A DNA stretch of 64,000 bases, taken from Vampirovibrionaceae bacterium NZW_1234. Lineage in GTDB: Bacteria; Cyanobacteriota; Vampirovibrionia; Vampirovibrionales; JAGQHJ01. Below are positions 61,842 through 64,000 of the stretch, piece by piece. The notes below the pieces were generated by a model. That model was not told the origin of the DNA and made no database searches. It was given only the letters and a program-made list of their open reading frames with translations. The position numbers and the translations under genes were made by a program. Position 1 is the first letter of the stretch; each line of letters begins with the position of its first letter. Location: positions 1 through 64,000 of the forward strand of contig JBGUGD010000035.1 of assembly GCA_041697335.1 (NCBI GenBank), read 5' to 3'.

Positions 61842-63104
61842 TTATAAGCTTAACAACTCCCCCCAAGAGGTAGTAAAACGTTGGGACTTATGCGCCTGCT
61901 TCATCTTCCAACGCTTCTCCATCCCTTCAGCGGCATATCGAATGATACCTTGGCCGTGGTCCAGGTTAAGCAAGTCCATGGTATGCATGAGGCTCTTCCA
62001 TTTGGCACGATCAGCTCTATCAAATAGATTTTGTTGAATCTGGGTATCTGGCACCAGCTCCAGCATCATCACCCCAGCCTTGTGGTACCCAAACCCCGGT
62101 CGGTAAATTTGCTCAAGCACCAGGTGCGCGTGGCGAATCAACTCATGGGTGCAGTTAGTGGGTACGGGTAACCTCACTATGGCCGAGTCTGAATGTTGCC
62201 CCTCCCAAGCTCGGAATATGTTGGTCTGGATAAAGACCGATAGACTTTTAGCAGCCAAGCCGTCTTGGCGCATTTTCTCAGCACCGCGTGCCGCATACGT
62301 TGCAATAGCCTCCTTCAGTTCCTTAAATTCGTGTATCTGACGACCAAAGGAGCGAGACGTCATGATGTTTTTCTTGGGTGGCGGCTCTATCTCCAAATCA
62401 GCACAAGGAAGCCCCCGGAGTTCAAATACCGTGCGCATCAACACCACAGCAAAGTTACTCATCAGCCACTTATCATCCACGTGTGCCAAGTCATAGGCTG
62501 TTCTGATACCCTGAATGGCTAGCTTTTTTGTGTATTGCCTCCCTACACCCCAAACATCCTCTACGGGTGTCAGCTTCAAAGCACCGAGAACTAGACTCTG
62601 ATCCGTAAGGTCAAGGACACCTCGCATAAGCGGATGTTTCTTGGCGATATGGTTGGCCACCTTGGCAAGTGTCTTGGTCCTGGCAATCCCAATACACACC
62701 GGGAGCTTGACCCACTGCATAACTGTCTTTCGGATCATCCGTGCATAACGATCCACGTCTGGAATTCCGGACAAGTCCATAAAGGCTTCATCAATGGAAT
62801 ATACCTCGACCGTCGGTGAATATTGGCTCAAAATGGTCATAACTCGGTTAGACAGGTCCCCATACAGTGCGAAGTTAGGGGAGAACACGTGAATCCCGTG
62901 TCGAGGTACCAAGTGCTTAACCTCGTGGTAAGGAGCCCCCATTGTGACCCCCAAGGCTTTAACCTCGTTAGAGCGGGCAATCACACAGCCGTCATTGTTT
63001 GACAAAACCAGAACCGGCTTTCCATTTAGCTTAGGGTTAAACACACGCTCACATGAGGCATAGAAGTTATTGCAGTCTAAAAGCGCAAATACCCGCTCAG
63101 GCAT
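61842..63104 (-). CDS. umuC: Y-family DNA polymerase V subunit UmuC
   Basis: DCNNFYASCE, LSNNDGCVIARS, YSIDEAF, TKTLAK, C-terminal SQRFTTSWGEL. Confidence 0.95.
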   Translation of the reverse strand: MPERVFALLDCNNFYASCERVFNPKLNGKPVLVLSNNDGCVIARSNEVKALGVTMGAPYHEVKHLVPRHGIHVFSPNFALYGDLSNRVMTILSQYSPTVEVYSIDEAFMDLSGIPDVDRYARMIRKTVMQWVKLPVCIGIARTKTLAKVANHIAKKHPLMRGVLDLTDQSLVLGALKLTPVEDVWGVGRQYTKKLAIQGIRTAYDLAHVDDKWLMSNFAVVLMRTVFELRGLPCADLEIEPPPKKNIMTSRSFGRQIHEFKELKEAIATYAARGAEKMRQDGLAAKSLSVFIQTNIFRAWEGQHSDSAIVRLPVPTNCTHELIRHAHLVLEQIYRPGFGYHKAGVMMLELVPDTQIQQNLFDRADRAKWKSLMHTMDLLNLDHGQGIIRYAAEGMEKRWKMKQAHKSQRFTTSWGELLSL

Positions 63105-63546
63105 GGCGCTTATGAGTATGAACCGAGTGCGTCACCACTCCCCAGACGGTAAAATCCATACCGTCATGGATCTCCGTCATAGGATAAGCGGGGTTCTCTG
63201 GAGCCAGAATAATGCGGTTCCGGTTCTTGATCAGACGCTTCAGAACAAATTCCCCATCAATAACTGCAACCACGATCATGCCGTCCTTGGGTTCAATGGA
63301 CGTGTCTACAATCAACAAGTCCCCAGGGAAAATGCCTGCACCGGTCATAGAGTCACCACTGGCTCTTACCATAAACGTTGCCACCGGGTGGGACACCAAG
63401 TATTGGTTTAGATCAAGTCGCCGTTCTATGAAGTCATCAGCTGGTGATGGAAACCCAGCTTGAACCGGGGTAATAAACAGCGGGAATTCTTGAATTTTTG
63501 CCAATGCAGCGGCCTGACCTACGATCTGTAGGCTCATGACTAACAC
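63097..63546 (-). CDS. umuD: DNA polymerase V subunit UmuD (S24 peptidase)
   Basis: AGFPSPA cleavage site, GDSM (Ser), LKRL (Lys); overlaps umuC. Confidence 0.95.
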   Translation of the reverse strand: MLVMSLQIVGQAAALAKIQEFPLFITPVQAGFPSPADDFIERRLDLNQYLVSHPVATFMVRASGDSMTGAGIFPGDLLIVDTSIEPKDGMIVVAVIDGEFVLKRLIKNRNRIILAPENPAYPMTEIHDGMDFTVWGVVTHSVHTHKRHA

Positions 63547-63584
63547 CTTCCTTCCTGGAGATAACTTTCACCGAAGTCATGACC

Positions 63585-63614
63585 ATACTAGAAAATAATT
63601 TCGATATTTGTCAA
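63585..63614 (-). promoter_or_regulatory. sigma70 promoter TTGACA-N18-TAGTAT containing putative LexA box GAAA-N4-TTTC
   Basis: Reverse complement TTGACA aatatcgaaattattttc TAGTAT directly upstream of umuD; palindrome at 63591-63602. Confidence 0.6.
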
Positions 63615-63636
63615 TACTCGACTTTGGTTAAGAGTT

Positions 63637-64000
63637 CTAACGCTTTTCAGGTCCCACCACCATTGGCTCACGCTCATGAATTGGCTTAAACCACTCCGTT
63701 GCTGGTTTTGTCACCACATAAACAAAGGCTTTTTCACGTTTTTCAATCTTTTTTCAATCTTTACCCCTAAAAGGAATTGGTTTGGCTACATATTAAACCA
63801 ATGCGATTCCCGCGCTGGATCCTTTTCTATCCAGCTTACAGCCGGTATCCTGACACGGCTAGAGTTATACTTGTCCCATTTATGCTCAACCAAGCTCTCT
63901 AGACGTGCCCAACCTGTCTGAGGAACGTCAAATTTATCATCCTCTCCATTACGTCTTCCCCATTGAACCATTCTTATCCCGCCTTCAGACAGAATAGGAA
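63637..64000 (-). pseudogene. SRAP-like (SOS response-associated peptidase) pseudogene, 5' part outside window
   Basis: VQWGRR...WARLES...IPAVSWIEKD...HWF, premature TAG at 63786, 11-nt tandem duplication 63739-63760, restored frame VYVVTKPA...IHEREP. Confidence 0.65.

Larger units (their letters stand above)
53800..64000. mobile_element. AT-rich genomic island/prophage remnant (left edge approximate, continues past window)
   Basis: Visible shift to AT-rich sequence; hxs operon, SIR2, HEPN, BRO, umuDC and several pseudogenes. Confidence 0.65.

Overview
Bacterial chromosomal window. The many orphan proteins starting with a short 'hydrophobic-(R/H/Q)-F-x-G'-type motif suggest a non-photosynthetic cyanobacterial relative (Vampirovibrionales/Melainabacteria-like); this is inference only. 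Layout: (1) 1-28 kb is host-like: polysaccharide pyruvyl transferase, gmd-fcl, a renalase/peroxiredoxin/desaturase/FAD-oxidoreductase/DUF1365/two Cfa-like methyltransferase lipid-modification cluster, metC, rhtA and an exported katG. (2) Two 3'-half copies of a tRNA-Val(CAC) (28933 degenerate, 33374 near-perfect) mark att scars around an AT-richer cargo block. (3) 33.4-40.1 kb is a compact integrative element with tyrosine integrase, integrase N-domain protein, DNA adenine methyltransferase, ParB-like, TerS-like and intact TerL genes, but no portal, capsid or tail genes. (4) 40-53.7 kb holds lineage-specific orphans (subtilase, stand-alone AAA+, low-complexity proteins) with a shared bipartite upstream motif and a GGA-repeat RNA candidate. 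(5) 53.8-64 kb is an AT-rich island with a complete His-Xaa-Ser radical-SAM peptide system (hxsA-D-B-C), a SIR2-like gene, a HEPN-motif gene, prophage remnants (BRO), umuDC with a putative SOS box, and a decayed SRAP-like gene. No CRISPR array, rRNA or complete tRNA was found. All calls come from motif reading; no searches were run.
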